From positions 2,544 through 66,543 of the forward strand of contig JAMDAY010000028.1 of assembly GCA_023484515.1 (NCBI GenBank): DNA of 64,000 nucleotides, read 5' to 3'. The notes beneath the pieces were generated by a model, which saw nothing but the letters and a program-made list of their open reading frames with translations, searched no databases and was not told the DNA's origin. The DNA is from Patescibacteria group bacterium. Its GTDB lineage: Bacteria > Patescibacteriota > Doudnabacteria > UBA920. The first letter of the stretch is position 1, and every line of letters starts with the position of its first letter. The position numbers and the translations under genes are program-made. Positions 47,726 to 56,992 of the stretch are shown here, piece after piece.

Positions 47726-50182
47726 TTATTTATGCGGTTGCGGCCACTTGGAAACCATCAGCATGGGGTCGTTGCCTAGTAATTTTGCCTCATGCATTAT
47801 TGACCACAGCTCTTCTGTAATAAACGGCATAAAGGGGTGCAGGAGCTTTATGGAATTAATAAGCACGTGAAGCAGGAGTTTTTGGGTGCTTTCTTTCAAG
47901 TTTTCGTCGGCCAGTTGTTTTTTGGAAGCTTCAATATAAATGTCCGCGAATTCGTGCCAGACAAACTGGTAAATTTCCTGCGCGGCTTCGTGCAGGCGGA
48001 AGTTTTCGAGATGGTTAGTGGCCGAAATTTTTAGCGCTTCCAGCTTGCCGTTGATTTCCTTGTCCGCATCGGTTGTAGGGGAGGGTCTTGACCCTCCCTC
48101 CTTGGAGGACAGGTCTAGACCTGTCCCTACAGCCGCGCTATCTATATTTGCCAGCACGAACCTTGCAATATTCCACAGTTTGTTGCCAAAGTGCTTCATG
48201 CCTTTTATTTTGTCTTCGGACAAGGGAATGTCGTTGCCAGCCGCAGTAGAGAAGACAAGCGCAAACCGAAGCGCGTCCGTTCCATAGGTGTCAATTACGC
48301 CCAAAGGGTCTATTACGTTGCCTTTGCTTTTGCTCATCTTCTGCCGGTCCTTGTCGCGCACCAGGCCGTGCAAAAAGACACGTTCAAAAGGCGGTTTGCC
48401 AACGCGGTAATAGGAAAACATAATCATTCGCGCGACCCAGAAGAACAAAATATCCCAGGCGGTTTCCATGACTTGGGTCGGATAGTAGTTTTCCAAAGTC
48501 TTGGTGCCATGCTTGGCGTCGTTGGCCATCATAGTGGCATACGGCCATTGGCCGGATGAAAACCAGGTATCGAAAGTATCAGGATCCTGATACCAACCTA
48601 TTTCTTGTGGAGGTTTCTCCCCAATAAACCTTTCGGCTTCTCGTTGTGGTCTTGGAACCTTGTTTTTTTCTATCCAGGAGTCTTCCAAAATTCCTTTTTG
48701 CTTTAGTAAATCAACATAACCTATATACATTTGTATAATTCCGTCTTGGAAAGAAGCCCATGATATATTTTTATCTTTCCACCTACTTTCTTGTTTCAAG
48801 TCCCAGGAAAATTTATTGAATTCTTTTTCATCGGTCAAGCCTAACTTTTTACAGATGACCTCGCTTTTGAAATGAAATGCTTCTTTATCAGAACCCACCT
48901 CAGTTTTATACCAGACCGGGATCGGAATGCCCCACCAGATTTGGCGGGAAATTGGCCAGTCGCGGATGTTTTCCATCCAATGCCGGAAGATTTTTTCAAA
49001 GCGCTCGGTTACAATTTTAACCTCGCCTTTGTCCAAAGCCTGCAAAGCCATATCGCGCAAAGAAGGCCTGTCGTCCTTCAGCGGTTCGGTCATTTTCACG
49101 AACCACTGCGGAATTATTTGCGGCTCTATGAGCGTGCCGCATTTATAGCAAAGCTGGACATTGTGCTTGTAGTTTTCGTCTATATGGTCAACTAAACTTT
49201 TAGCCTTGAGCTTTTCAATAATTTTCGGCCGCGCTTCCAGAATTTTCATTCCCGCAAATTCGCCGGCAATGGGAAGCAACCGTCCGCGATGGTCAATAAT
49301 TTGCTCTTTGTCCAGCTTGAGGCGTTCGGCCATTTCAAAGTCAACCGGGTCATGCCAGGGAGTTATGGTCATTACGCCGGTACCGAATTCCATATCCACC
49401 GCTTTGTCCTTAATTACCGTTGCGGTTATGGGGCCGTTTATCCATTCCAATTCTATTTTTTGCCCGTTTTTGTATTGCCCGTATCTTTTGTCGTCAGGAT
49501 GCATAACCACGTATTTGTCACCGAATTTGGTTTCTGGACGAGAAGTTGAGATAATGAACGGACCATATTTAAGATAGTAGAAAGGTTCTTGCCGTTCTTC
49601 GTATTTAGTTTCCAAATCGGACAGTGCGGTCTGGTGTTTGGGACACCAGTTGCCCAGGCGGTCGCCGCGGTAAATAAGGCCGTCTTTATACATCATTTCA
49701 AACGTTCGGTAAACAACTTTGACAATTTCCGGGTCAAGCGTAAAAATATTGCGGCTCCAGTCGCACGAGGCTCCAAGGCGGCGTATGCTTTCTTCGGTAA
49801 TATGCTTGTTGGCCTGCACGTAATCCCAGCATTCTTTGTAAAATTCGTCGCGTTGCATCTTAAAGCGCGATTTGCCTTCCTTTTCCAGTTTTTTTTCAAA
49901 CACCACTTGGGTTTCAAACCCGGCATGATCGGTTCCGGGCAGCCATAAAGTTTTTTTACCGCGCATCCGGTTAAAACGGATTAAAATATCCTGGATGGTA
50001 AAACCCAAGGCATGGCCGACGTGCGCCGGCGCGTTGGCGTTGGACGGCGGCATAATAATGGCGTAGGGCTCCCGGTTTTCCGCATCGGGAAGATTGTCAG
50101 GATTAAAATACCCCGACTCCAGCCATTTTTGGTAAATTTTGCCTTCCACTGTCGCGTGGTTGTATGCTTTGTCTAGTTCCAT
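47726..50182 (-). CDS. valS: Valine--tRNA ligase
   Basis: HVGH, PGTDHAG, DWPISRQIWWG, DTFDTWFSS, FFWVARM, KMSKS. Confidence 0.97.
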   Translation of the reverse strand: MELDKAYNHATVEGKIYQKWLESGYFNPDNLPDAENREPYAIIMPPSNANAPAHVGHALGFTIQDILIRFNRMRGKKTLWLPGTDHAGFETQVVFEKKLEKEGKSRFKMQRDEFYKECWDYVQANKHITEESIRRLGASCDWSRNIFTLDPEIVKVVYRTFEMMYKDGLIYRGDRLGNWCPKHQTALSDLETKYEERQEPFYYLKYGPFIISTSRPETKFGDKYVVMHPDDKRYGQYKNGQKIELEWINGPITATVIKDKAVDMEFGTGVMTITPWHDPVDFEMAERLKLDKEQIIDHRGRLLPIAGEFAGMKILEARPKIIEKLKAKSLVDHIDENYKHNVQLCYKCGTLIEPQIIPQWFVKMTEPLKDDRPSLRDMALQALDKGEVKIVTERFEKIFRHWMENIRDWPISRQIWWGIPIPVWYKTEVGSDKEAFHFKSEVICKKLGLTDEKEFNKFSWDLKQESRWKDKNISWASFQDGIIQMYIGYVDLLKQKGILEDSWIEKNKVPRPQREAERFIGEKPPQEIGWYQDPDTFDTWFSSGQWPYATMMANDAKHGTKTLENYYPTQVMETAWDILFFWVARMIMFSYYRVGKPPFERVFLHGLVRDKDRQKMSKSKGNVIDPLGVIDTYGTDALRFALVFSTAAGNDIPLSEDKIKGMKHFGNKLWNIARFVLANIDSAAVGTGLDLSSKEGGSRPSPTTDADKEINGKLEALKISATNHLENFRLHEAAQEIYQFVWHEFADIYIEASKKQLADENLKESTQKLLLHVLINSIKLLHPFMPFITEELWSIMHEAKLLGNDPMLMVSKWPQPHK
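48074..48131. repeat. GTAG-type REP doublet inserted in frame in valS
   Basis: TGTAGGGGAGGGTCTTGACCCTCCC..GGACAGGTCTAGACCTGTCCCTACA, translated as VGTGLDLSSKEGGSRPSPT. Confidence 0.9.
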
Positions 50183-50185
50183 ATT

Positions 50186-50265
50186 CCGCTGATTTCTCGC
50201 TGATGGTTACGCTGATCTAACGCTGATCAGCGTTAGATCAGCGCTGGTGTTAAAATCAGCGTCCG
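50186..50265. repeat. Inverted CGCTGAT/ATCAGCG repeat tracts, no gene between
   Basis: CGCTGAT x4 followed by ATCAGCG x3, immediately upstream of valS. Confidence 0.8.
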
Positions 50266-50279
50266 TTCGGCGGTATTAA

Positions 50280-50530
50280 AAATAAAAACACTCCCAAAGA
50301 GTGCTCAAGAGCCTGTCGGGCGACGGGCGGTACCATCTTGATTTATCTGCTTAGATAATTACCTGGATTTCCAGGCAGATATCTAACCAGATCTTAATTT
50401 AACCGCTTTAACGGGCGGCCTCCGGATGGGTCTAATGGTGCAGTTGCCCAATTATTGAGCTGAGGGCCTCATAAATGAGGCAACTACAGGTTCTTCCATC
50501 GCCTGCCGTTCCGGCGACATCCGGAACATA
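50280..50530 (-). promoter_or_regulatory. T-box riboswitch leader of valS
   Basis: AATCAAGA-TGGTACC-GC...GCTCTT antiterminator, GAGCACTC/GAGTGTTT-TTT terminator, CCCGTTA box, TCCGGATG/CATCCGGA stem. The Val specifier codon was not identified. Confidence 0.75.
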
Positions 50531-50586
50531 AGCTTTATAACATTATACTTATTTTAAAATAGCATGTAAAGTGGGAGAGGTAAACC

Positions 50587-51714
50587 TTAAAGCTCCAAGT
50601 TCGGGTCTGCCTTTACAGCCTTGTAGCTTTTTGGTTTATAACCGTTAAACAGCATGAAAGCCGCGGCCATGCCTATTATTTCCGCGTTGTCGCCGGTTAG
50701 GGACAAGGGAGGGGCGAAAAATTTTAAATTGAAGGTTTTAGATTTTAGATTTAAAGATTTTCGGAGCGCAAGGTTTGCCGAAACGCCGCCGGACAGGCTT
50801 ATGGACCTGGCTTTAAATTCATTGGCTGCGCGCAGGGTTTTGGCAGCCAGCACGTCAACCACGGCCTGCTGGAAGGAAGCGCATACATTAGTTTTTAGCT
50901 TATAGCTTTTAGCTGTTGGGGGATTATCGCGTAAATAGTAAAGCACTGCGGTTTTCAGGCCGGCAAACGAAAAGTTGTAATCTTTGGAATTAATCATGGG
51001 CCGCGGGAAATTTATGGCTGCAGGGTTTCCTTTGGCGGCCAATTTGCCAATTTGCGGACCGCCCGGATAAGGGAGGCCTAAAAGTTTTGCCACTTTATCA
51101 AAAGCCTCGCCTGCCGCGTCGTCCACGGTCTGGCCCAGGACTTTGTAATGTTTAATATCTTCCATTAATACTAAAATCGTATGGCCGCCGCTTACGATGA
51201 GGCTGATCATGGGGAAAAAATTAGCTTTTAGCTTATAGCTTTTAGCTGTTAGTCGGCCAAAAGGCGAATAGAGGTGGCCGGACAAATGATTAACCGGAAT
51301 AACAGGTTTGCCCGTAGCCAGCGACAGCGCCTTGGCGAACTCCACGCCTACGATTAGCGAAGGAATAAGGCCAGGACCGGCCGTGACCGCAATATAATCA
51401 ATTTGGCTTAAAACGTCCTCGCCGTTTTTGCAACTCAATTTTTGACGGCCGTCAAAAATTGAGTTGCAGGCGCCGGTTAAAGCTTTTTTTACGACCGGCA
51501 AAATATTTTTCACGTGCGCGCGGGCCGCCGCTTCGGGCACCACGCCGCCCATTTTGCTGTGCAGGCTAATTTGTGATTTTACCACCGAAGACAGGGTTTT
51601 AATCTTGGGGAAGCCCGCTGCAGAGCCTGAATTTTCCAGGCGCAAGACCGCCGCGGCTGTTTCGTCGCAACTGCTTTCTATGGCAAGGATGGTTTTACGG
51701 TTTTGTACGGTCAT
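50587..51714 (-). CDS. tsaD: tRNA N6-adenosine threonylcarbamoyltransferase
   Basis: LAIESSCDET, GGVVPE, HLSGH, VSGGHT, DDAAGEAFDK, GGVSAN, DNAE. Confidence 0.97.
   Translation of the reverse strand: MTVQNRKTILAIESSCDETAAAVLRLENSGSAAGFPKIKTLSSVVKSQISLHSKMGGVVPEAAARAHVKNILPVVKKALTGACNSIFDGRQKLSCKNGEDVLSQIDYIAVTAGPGLIPSLIVGVEFAKALSLATGKPVIPVNHLSGHLYSPFGRLTAKSYKLKANFFPMISLIVSGGHTILVLMEDIKHYKVLGQTVDDAAGEAFDKVAKLLGLPYPGGPQIGKLAAKGNPAAINFPRPMINSKDYNFSFAGLKTAVLYYLRDNPPTAKSYKLKTNVCASFQQAVVDVLAAKTLRAANEFKARSISLSGGVSANLALRKSLNLKSKTFNLKFFAPPLSLTGDNAEIIGMAAAFMLFNGYKPKSYKAVKADPNLEL
51429..51468. repeat. Perfect 40-bp palindrome inside tsaD
   Basis: TGCAACTCAATTTTTGACGG|CCGTCAAAAATTGAGTTGCA. Confidence 0.92.
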
Positions 51715-51730
51715 AAAATGCCTTTAACGT

Positions 51731-52414
51731 TCAGGCGTTTATCCTAAACGGATTAAAATTAGTGCCAATATCATAGGTATCGGAATTCTCCGTAATTTTT
51801 AAATAGCCGATAACCGCGTAAGTCAGGGGAGTGGCTACCACCTCTATCAAAACTTTAAAAACATAGATGGTTGCCATTAAATTTATAACCGCTGGCAGGG
51901 GCATGGTTCCGTAAAAAGCGCAAAGGCCGAAGACCAGGGAGTCAAGCGCCTCGCCGGCAATGGTGGAGCCAATGGTGCGCGTCCATAAATATCTTCCCTT
52001 GGTCCATATTTTCATTTTGGCCAGCACGAACGAATTGGTAAATTCGCCGGCCCAGTAGCCGGCAATGCTGGCTAAGACCAAGCGAGGGACAAAACCCAAA
52101 ATGGTTTCGTAAGCCGCCTGGTTTTGCCAATCCCTAGCAGGAGGCAAGTATTGGACAATGGCGAAAGTAATGGCCATAAGAACTAGGCAGGCAAAGCCAA
52201 GCCAAATGACCCGCCGTGATTTGCGGTAGCCGTAAACTTCGGTCAAAACGTCGCCAAAAATGTAGGAAACGGGGAATAAAATAGTCCCGGCGTCGTAATT
52301 AAACGGACCCAGGCTTGCCACTTTGGCCGAGGCAATGTTGGAAATTATTAAAATTGCCACGAACAGCCCGGTAATCACGTCAAAATATTTTAACCCCTTG
52401 GTCTCTAAATCCAT
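51731..52414 (-). CDS. Queuosine precursor transporter (YhhQ/VUT family)
   Basis: SNIASAK, FPVSYIFGDVLTEVYG, PRLVLAS, LWTRTIGST, DSLVF. Confidence 0.92.
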   Translation of the reverse strand: MDLETKGLKYFDVITGLFVAILIISNIASAKVASLGPFNYDAGTILFPVSYIFGDVLTEVYGYRKSRRVIWLGFACLVLMAITFAIVQYLPPARDWQNQAAYETILGFVPRLVLASIAGYWAGEFTNSFVLAKMKIWTKGRYLWTRTIGSTIAGEALDSLVFGLCAFYGTMPLPAVINLMATIYVFKVLIEVVATPLTYAVIGYLKITENSDTYDIGTNFNPFRINA

Positions 52415-52620
52415 ATTGGTTATAATATCAGATTTCAAGCAGGGGAGGAATGGGAGATTTTAAACAGATAAATATTGGTGGGTTTTTCGTCATATATTTA
52501 GGCTTTAAACCAAAGCAGATTTAAGGAGGAAACTGTTTGTCTTGCGCATGGCAGGAACGCCATCCTGTTCGGATTGGAATTTTTGCCAGGTATTTTAAAA
52601 GCAGCGAAGGAGTAGGAAAG

Positions 52621-53169
52621 ATGGCAGTAAGGAAAAATGCAAAAAAGGACGTCCGCGGGCGGTTGTCCAAGACGGACATTATCCGTTCAAATTGGGGCAA
52701 AGACAAGGCGGCAATGCTGGAGGCTTTAAGGAGGCATTATCCCAGCGCAAACATGCATGACGTGCATGCGAACTGGACTCGCGTAAAAAAAGAGATGCTG
52801 CACAAGGCACAGAGCGACAGTTTGGCAAAGGCCAGAGCGGCAAAAAGAGCCAAGGCCGTCGGAGAGCCAGAAAGGACTCTTTCACCCAAAGAGGCAGGAC
52901 CGGCAATCGTTTCCGCAGGACCGGCAGCCAAGGAAATTTTTGCCGTTGCGCCTGCTAAAGCTGTTCCCGCAGAAAAGCGCGATATAGTGTTTCGGATGCG
53001 CGAATTCAAGCAGGACATAGACGGCAATCTGGAAGAAATACGCAAAGAAAAGGAAAGGCTGCAAAAACAGCTTGCCGAGCTGGAAGAACTGGAAGGCATG
53101 CTGCAGCGGGCCAGGCAAGCGGAGTCGGTAAAGGCCGGCAAGTCTGGGGGGGAAGACAAATCTTCCTGA
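52621..53169 (+). CDS. Hypothetical basic coiled-coil protein
   Basis: AGGAG-like RBS, K/A/E-rich with a C-terminal coiled coil; followed by a terminator-like hairpin at 53188-53235. Confidence 0.65.
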   Translation: MAVRKNAKKDVRGRLSKTDIIRSNWGKDKAAMLEALRRHYPSANMHDVHANWTRVKKEMLHKAQSDSLAKARAAKRAKAVGEPERTLSPKEAGPAIVSAGPAAKEIFAVAPAKAVPAEKRDIVFRMREFKQDIDGNLEEIRKEKERLQKQLAELEELEGMLQRARQAESVKAGKSGGEDKSS

Positions 53170-53271
53170 TTTTTTCCGGTTGGTCACAAAAACCCTTGTC
53201 GGCTGCCTGACAAAGGCAGTTTGGCAAGGGTTTTTTAAAGCTATTTTTTTGCGAAGCTTATTAAATTTCCA

Positions 53272-53670
53272 TTAGGCGACTTGGGGAATTTCTTCAAATA
53301 TCCGCTTGACGCGATTCGTTAACACGCCCACTGTTACGTCCGCCTTGGTGAAATAGGCTTCTATGCCCTGGCTTTGCGCGCGGTTAATGCTTTCCTGGTC
53401 GGCAAGGTTGCTGACTACCAGGACCGGAATTTTGGCAACTGCCGGGTCAGGATTGGCGCGCAGTTTTTCCAGAATATCAAAGCCGCTAACCTTGGGCAGG
53501 AGCAGGTCTAGAATGATCAAATTCGGCCTTTCTTTTTCTATTTCCCGCAAGGCCTCTTCCCCGTCCTTGGCCGGGAAGGTGGTGTATTGTTTGGTAAATT
53601 GGTCCATTAAAATGCCCCGCAGCATGTCGTCATCTTCTATTATTAGGACTTTTTTATTGTGGTCGTCCAT
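53272..53670 (-). CDS. Single-domain response regulator
   Basis: VLIIEDD, IILDLLLPKVSG, VVSN, YFTK. Confidence 0.92.
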   Translation of the reverse strand: MDDHNKKVLIIEDDDMLRGILMDQFTKQYTTFPAKDGEEALREIEKERPNLIILDLLLPKVSGFDILEKLRANPDPAVAKIPVLVVSNLADQESINRAQSQGIEAYFTKADVTVGVLTNRVKRIFEEIPQVA

Positions 53671-53805
53671 ATGTTTGGTAGATTATTTGCTGTCTTAATA
53701 ATTATACCACTTTTTTTCCGCTGTCAAAATATTGGGCAAGAGTGGGGATTGACAGATATAGGTATTTGATATATAGTTGATTTGTTAATTATTAATCAAG
53801 TATTT

Positions 53806-54219
53806 ATGGTAACCATAAGCAATAAGTTAAAATTATTAATGAAAGTGGTTAAGGCGGGGACAATAATTTCGCGCAAATTCGGCAGCCAAGGCCTGGGTTT
53901 CGGGGATTTAGCGGTGCTTTACGCCATCAACCAGGCTCCGGAAGGGAAAATCCGCAGGATTGACCTGGCTGACGCGGTAGGGCTTACCCCTTCCGGCGTG
54001 ACCAGGATGCTTATTCCTTTGGAGAAAATCGGCGTAATAAAAAGGGAAGCGCACGAACGCGATGCCCGCGCCAGTTACGTGGCCATGACCGAATCAGGCC
54101 GGGAAATGTTCCAGAACGCCCTAAGGCACATAGACGACAAATGCGGCGATTTGCTGTTAAACGAACCGGAAAAAAAGCTAAAAGACGCGGCCTTGCTTTT
54201 GGACAAAATTTCCCAGTAA
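53806..54219 (+). CDS. MarR-family regulator
   Basis: RRIDLADAVGLTPSGVTR..LEKIG..DARAS..T..G. Confidence 0.9.
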   Translation: MVTISNKLKLLMKVVKAGTIISRKFGSQGLGFGDLAVLYAINQAPEGKIRRIDLADAVGLTPSGVTRMLIPLEKIGVIKREAHERDARASYVAMTESGREMFQNALRHIDDKCGDLLLNEPEKKLKDAALLLDKISQ

Positions 54220-54251
54220 GGGGTCTTTCCAATCTTTATCCCACATAAATT

Positions 54252-54289
54252 TTCCCTATGCCGGAAGGCGCGCCTTCCGGCATAGGGAA
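54252..54289. repeat. Perfect 38-bp palindrome
   Basis: TTCCCTATGCCGGAAGGCG|CGCCTTCCGGCATAGGGAA. Confidence 0.9.
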
Positions 54290-54436
54290 GCATTGCTGTC
54301 TTGCGCAAATTCCGAGGCGTAACTCCCCACAACTCCCCAAAGCCTTGATAAATTAAGGGAAATATGTTAAACTGACAAAGCTGTTGAGGTTGCGGAAATT
54401 TTTAAATTTTAAATTTTCAATCTTTAAATTTATCTT

Positions 54437-54511
54437 GGCGCATTCGTCTAGTGGCTAGGACATCAGGTTTTCAGCCTGAGAACAAGGGTTCGATTCCCTT
54501 ATGCGCTACCA
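54437..54511 (+). tRNA. tRNA-Glu(TTC)
   Basis: GGCGCAT/ATGCGCT acceptor stem, TCAGG-TTTTCAG-CCTGA anticodon arm, GGTTCGATTCC, encoded CCA. Confidence 0.96.
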
Positions 54512-54666
54512 CGAACATTCAAAGCGCCCGAAAGGGTGTTTTTGATTTGGTTTTATTGGTGCAAAATAAGTTTTCCAAAATTTTGGTATGATGGAAGTAC
54601 TTATCAAATAAGCGTATAATTAAAGTAAATTAGTTTTCAATCATCTTTGGTATCCAACATCACAAC

Positions 54667-55533
54667 ATGACCCACAAAACTCCACTTGATAATTTAATAA
54701 GACAAATCCATTTTGATATATGGTCAAATCATAAAAGTGATGAACGTTTAGTATTTTGTAATGAACAACTTCGTTCTTTAAAAGTAACTTATAATCTGAT
54801 GAGGCAGTTTGATTTCAGTAGGGTCAAAGAAAAGATCAGAAATGAAGGTAAAAATACCCTATTAGTTAAAATGAATGATCTAGCGGATCAAAAAATAGTA
54901 TCGGCCTATTTAGGATTTTACTTTTTTGTAATGTTACTGAAAAAGTTTGCTGACAATTTAGATAAAAGGAAAATTGTAAGTTTGGATGAATTTCCAAATT
55001 ATCTTTTTGTTAAACTGTTTAGAAATAAAGTAACTCAACATTGGGATGAATACACAAAAACTATGGGTCTTGGCAGATTAGCCCATCTTTCCGAGTGTCC
55101 CATATCAGTTCCCCTTATACATGAAATAACTATTTCTGCGGAACGCATAAAATTTTTAGTAAATAAAATAATAGAAACCTTTCAATCTTATGGTATTTCA
55201 ATAAGTAAAGATAAATTTCCATCAGAACCAGGTATAAAGCATTTTCTTTTCATTTCAAAATCTAATTATCATAGCACTTTATACACTTCTTTAAGTATAT
55301 TAGCTATGAAAAATAAAGGTAAAATACCAGATTCAATTACAGAATCTTTATTTGAATTGGGTTTCCCTTTACCCATGGCTAATGTAGATGAATATTTAGA
55401 AATTTTGGCACAATTATTAGAAGGTAAATTAAAATCATTAGGATCACTTAGTGACAAAATCAATACCAGAAAAGCAATTTACCATCATGGTTTCCTTGGT
55501 TTTTACAAATCAGATGGTGATATAGTCGTATAG
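54667..55533 (+). CDS. Hypothetical protein (very AT-rich)
   Basis: 288-aa ORF with an RNKVTQH (R-x4-6-H, HEPN-like) segment; function unverified. Confidence 0.7.
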   Translation: MTHKTPLDNLIRQIHFDIWSNHKSDERLVFCNEQLRSLKVTYNLMRQFDFSRVKEKIRNEGKNTLLVKMNDLADQKIVSAYLGFYFFVMLLKKFADNLDKRKIVSLDEFPNYLFVKLFRNKVTQHWDEYTKTMGLGRLAHLSECPISVPLIHEITISAERIKFLVNKIIETFQSYGISISKDKFPSEPGIKHFLFISKSNYHSTLYTSLSILAMKNKGKIPDSITESLFELGFPLPMANVDEYLEILAQLLEGKLKSLGSLSDKINTRKAIYHHGFLGFYKSDGDIVV

Positions 55534-55808
55534 TTCTTTTACTAACACTAAATAAGTTTTCCAGTCATTCAGACGACCTCTACCACGAGTTTCCGTTATC
55601 GAGGGATGCTGAAGCCTCAAGTTGCTTAGAAAAGTTTTAGACACTGATGCTTAAAAAAATAAATTTGATAGTGTGAACTCGCAAAATCACGACTTAAAAT
55701 AGGTCGTGATTTTGTATTAAAACAAAAAAGCGTACATCCCGGGCAATGTTTCCAGGCGGACGCTTTTTGCTTTTTGCTAAGATTTTCCCTCCTTGATTAT
55801 AAACGTGT

Positions 55809-56033
55809 TTACTGCACCTTGAGCTTTTGCTGTTCCCAAGCCTCAAAGAACAATATGATACAGCCGACGGAAACCTTGCTGCTACTGCCTAACTCAGGTC
55901 CGTCGAGTTCATCCAGAACTGCTCGCCGTACGCCAGGGTCAAGATACATCCGCTCCGTAACCTGGTTAGGCTGCAGATTATGGTGTTTGGCAACCACGAG
56001 AATCACTTTTTCTCGTATGGTTTCTCTTTGCAT
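55809..56033 (-). CDS. Small protein with weak acyl-carrier-protein resemblance
   Basis: GAGGAG RBS overlapping the upstream stop; ETIREKVILVVAKHHNLQPNQVT resembles ACP helix I, but there is no DSL motif. Confidence 0.6.
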   Translation of the reverse strand: MQRETIREKVILVVAKHHNLQPNQVTERMYLDPGVRRAVLDELDGPELGSSSKVSVGCIILFFEAWEQQKLKVQ

Positions 56034-56038
56034 TTCCG

Positions 56039-56917
56039 TTACTCCTCTATGACAACCTTGGCTCCGATCGGCGGGTAGCCAAATAAAGCCTGGGCGCTGG
56101 AACCAACGACAACCAGATAGTGAACCGGCTGACCGTTAAGCTTGAGGCTACCTGTGGTAAGCGTAGGTTCTCCGGTCTGGCCGGCGAAAATACCGTCAAC
56201 GTGACGAAGCCGGGCAATCTTTTCGCCGACGCGAAACACGCGATATTCGCCAAGGGCAGGAACCCACCCCTCAGATCCGATTGAAACGACGTAGAGGTTT
56301 CCGTGTTCATCCCAATCGGCGACGAAAATTCCCTGTTCCGGCTCGGGAACTATTAACGGTTTGGTCGTAAGTTCGATATTTTTATGATCCCGCGCGCCCA
56401 GAACTTTGGCTAGCGTCGGCACCATGACTTCCATTGAGCGGAAAGGCGTGGTCATTCCGGAAGTATCGGTGACCAAATAGGACTCGCGAATGCGTGACTG
56501 AATGAAGTAAAAATTCAAGCCCGCATTCGGACCGACTACCCACACATTATTGTCGAGCAGTAATGCGTAAATTTCTTCCCCTTCGCCTTTGCGGCCATCT
56601 CCCCTCAATTTTTTTCCGTTTTCGGTGCCATGTCTAGGCGCGGCATTGTCGAGGATGCCGATTTTCTCGTCAATGGTGAAGAACGGAGCATCGTCCCTCT
56701 CTTCAATGGGACCGAAATGGTCGATTGTGGAGAGTGCATGGGCTGCGGTGGTGAACCCTGCATGCAAAGTGTTCATACTTTGAGTTCCGAAAAAAGTCAA
56801 TTGTGGCTCTTTCGGCCAAAAACTGCGCCGGGCAGCGATTTCGTAACGGCCGCGATCGCTTCCGCCGCAGTCCGTTACCAAAACCAAATGAAAGCTTCTT
56901 AGAATGTTTTTCGACAT
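56039..56917 (-). CDS. DUF62 / SAM hydroxide adenosyltransferase (fluorinase/chlorinase) superfamily protein
   Basis: LVTDCG (cf. LxTDFG), VGPNAG (cf. VGPDNG), PFRSME (cf. TFHGRD), DEHGN (cf. DxFGN); AGGAGG RBS. Confidence 0.75.
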   Translation of the reverse strand: MSKNILRSFHLVLVTDCGGSDRGRYEIAARRSFWPKEPQLTFFGTQSMNTLHAGFTTAAHALSTIDHFGPIEERDDAPFFTIDEKIGILDNAAPRHGTENGKKLRGDGRKGEGEEIYALLLDNNVWVVGPNAGLNFYFIQSRIRESYLVTDTSGMTTPFRSMEVMVPTLAKVLGARDHKNIELTTKPLIVPEPEQGIFVADWDEHGNLYVVSIGSEGWVPALGEYRVFRVGEKIARLRHVDGIFAGQTGEPTLTTGSLKLNGQPVHYLVVVGSSAQALFGYPPIGAKVVIEE

Positions 56918-56992
56918 TGGGTCCTCCTGTTATTTTTGTTCTGCGTTAGTTCGCATGGCTGGCGGGATTGCCAGAACCACGACCTCCGCACA

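Noticed and set aside
52415-52520. preQ1 riboswitch upstream of the queuosine precursor transporter
   Set aside because: No preQ1 stem-loop with an A-rich tail is recognisable in the leader.
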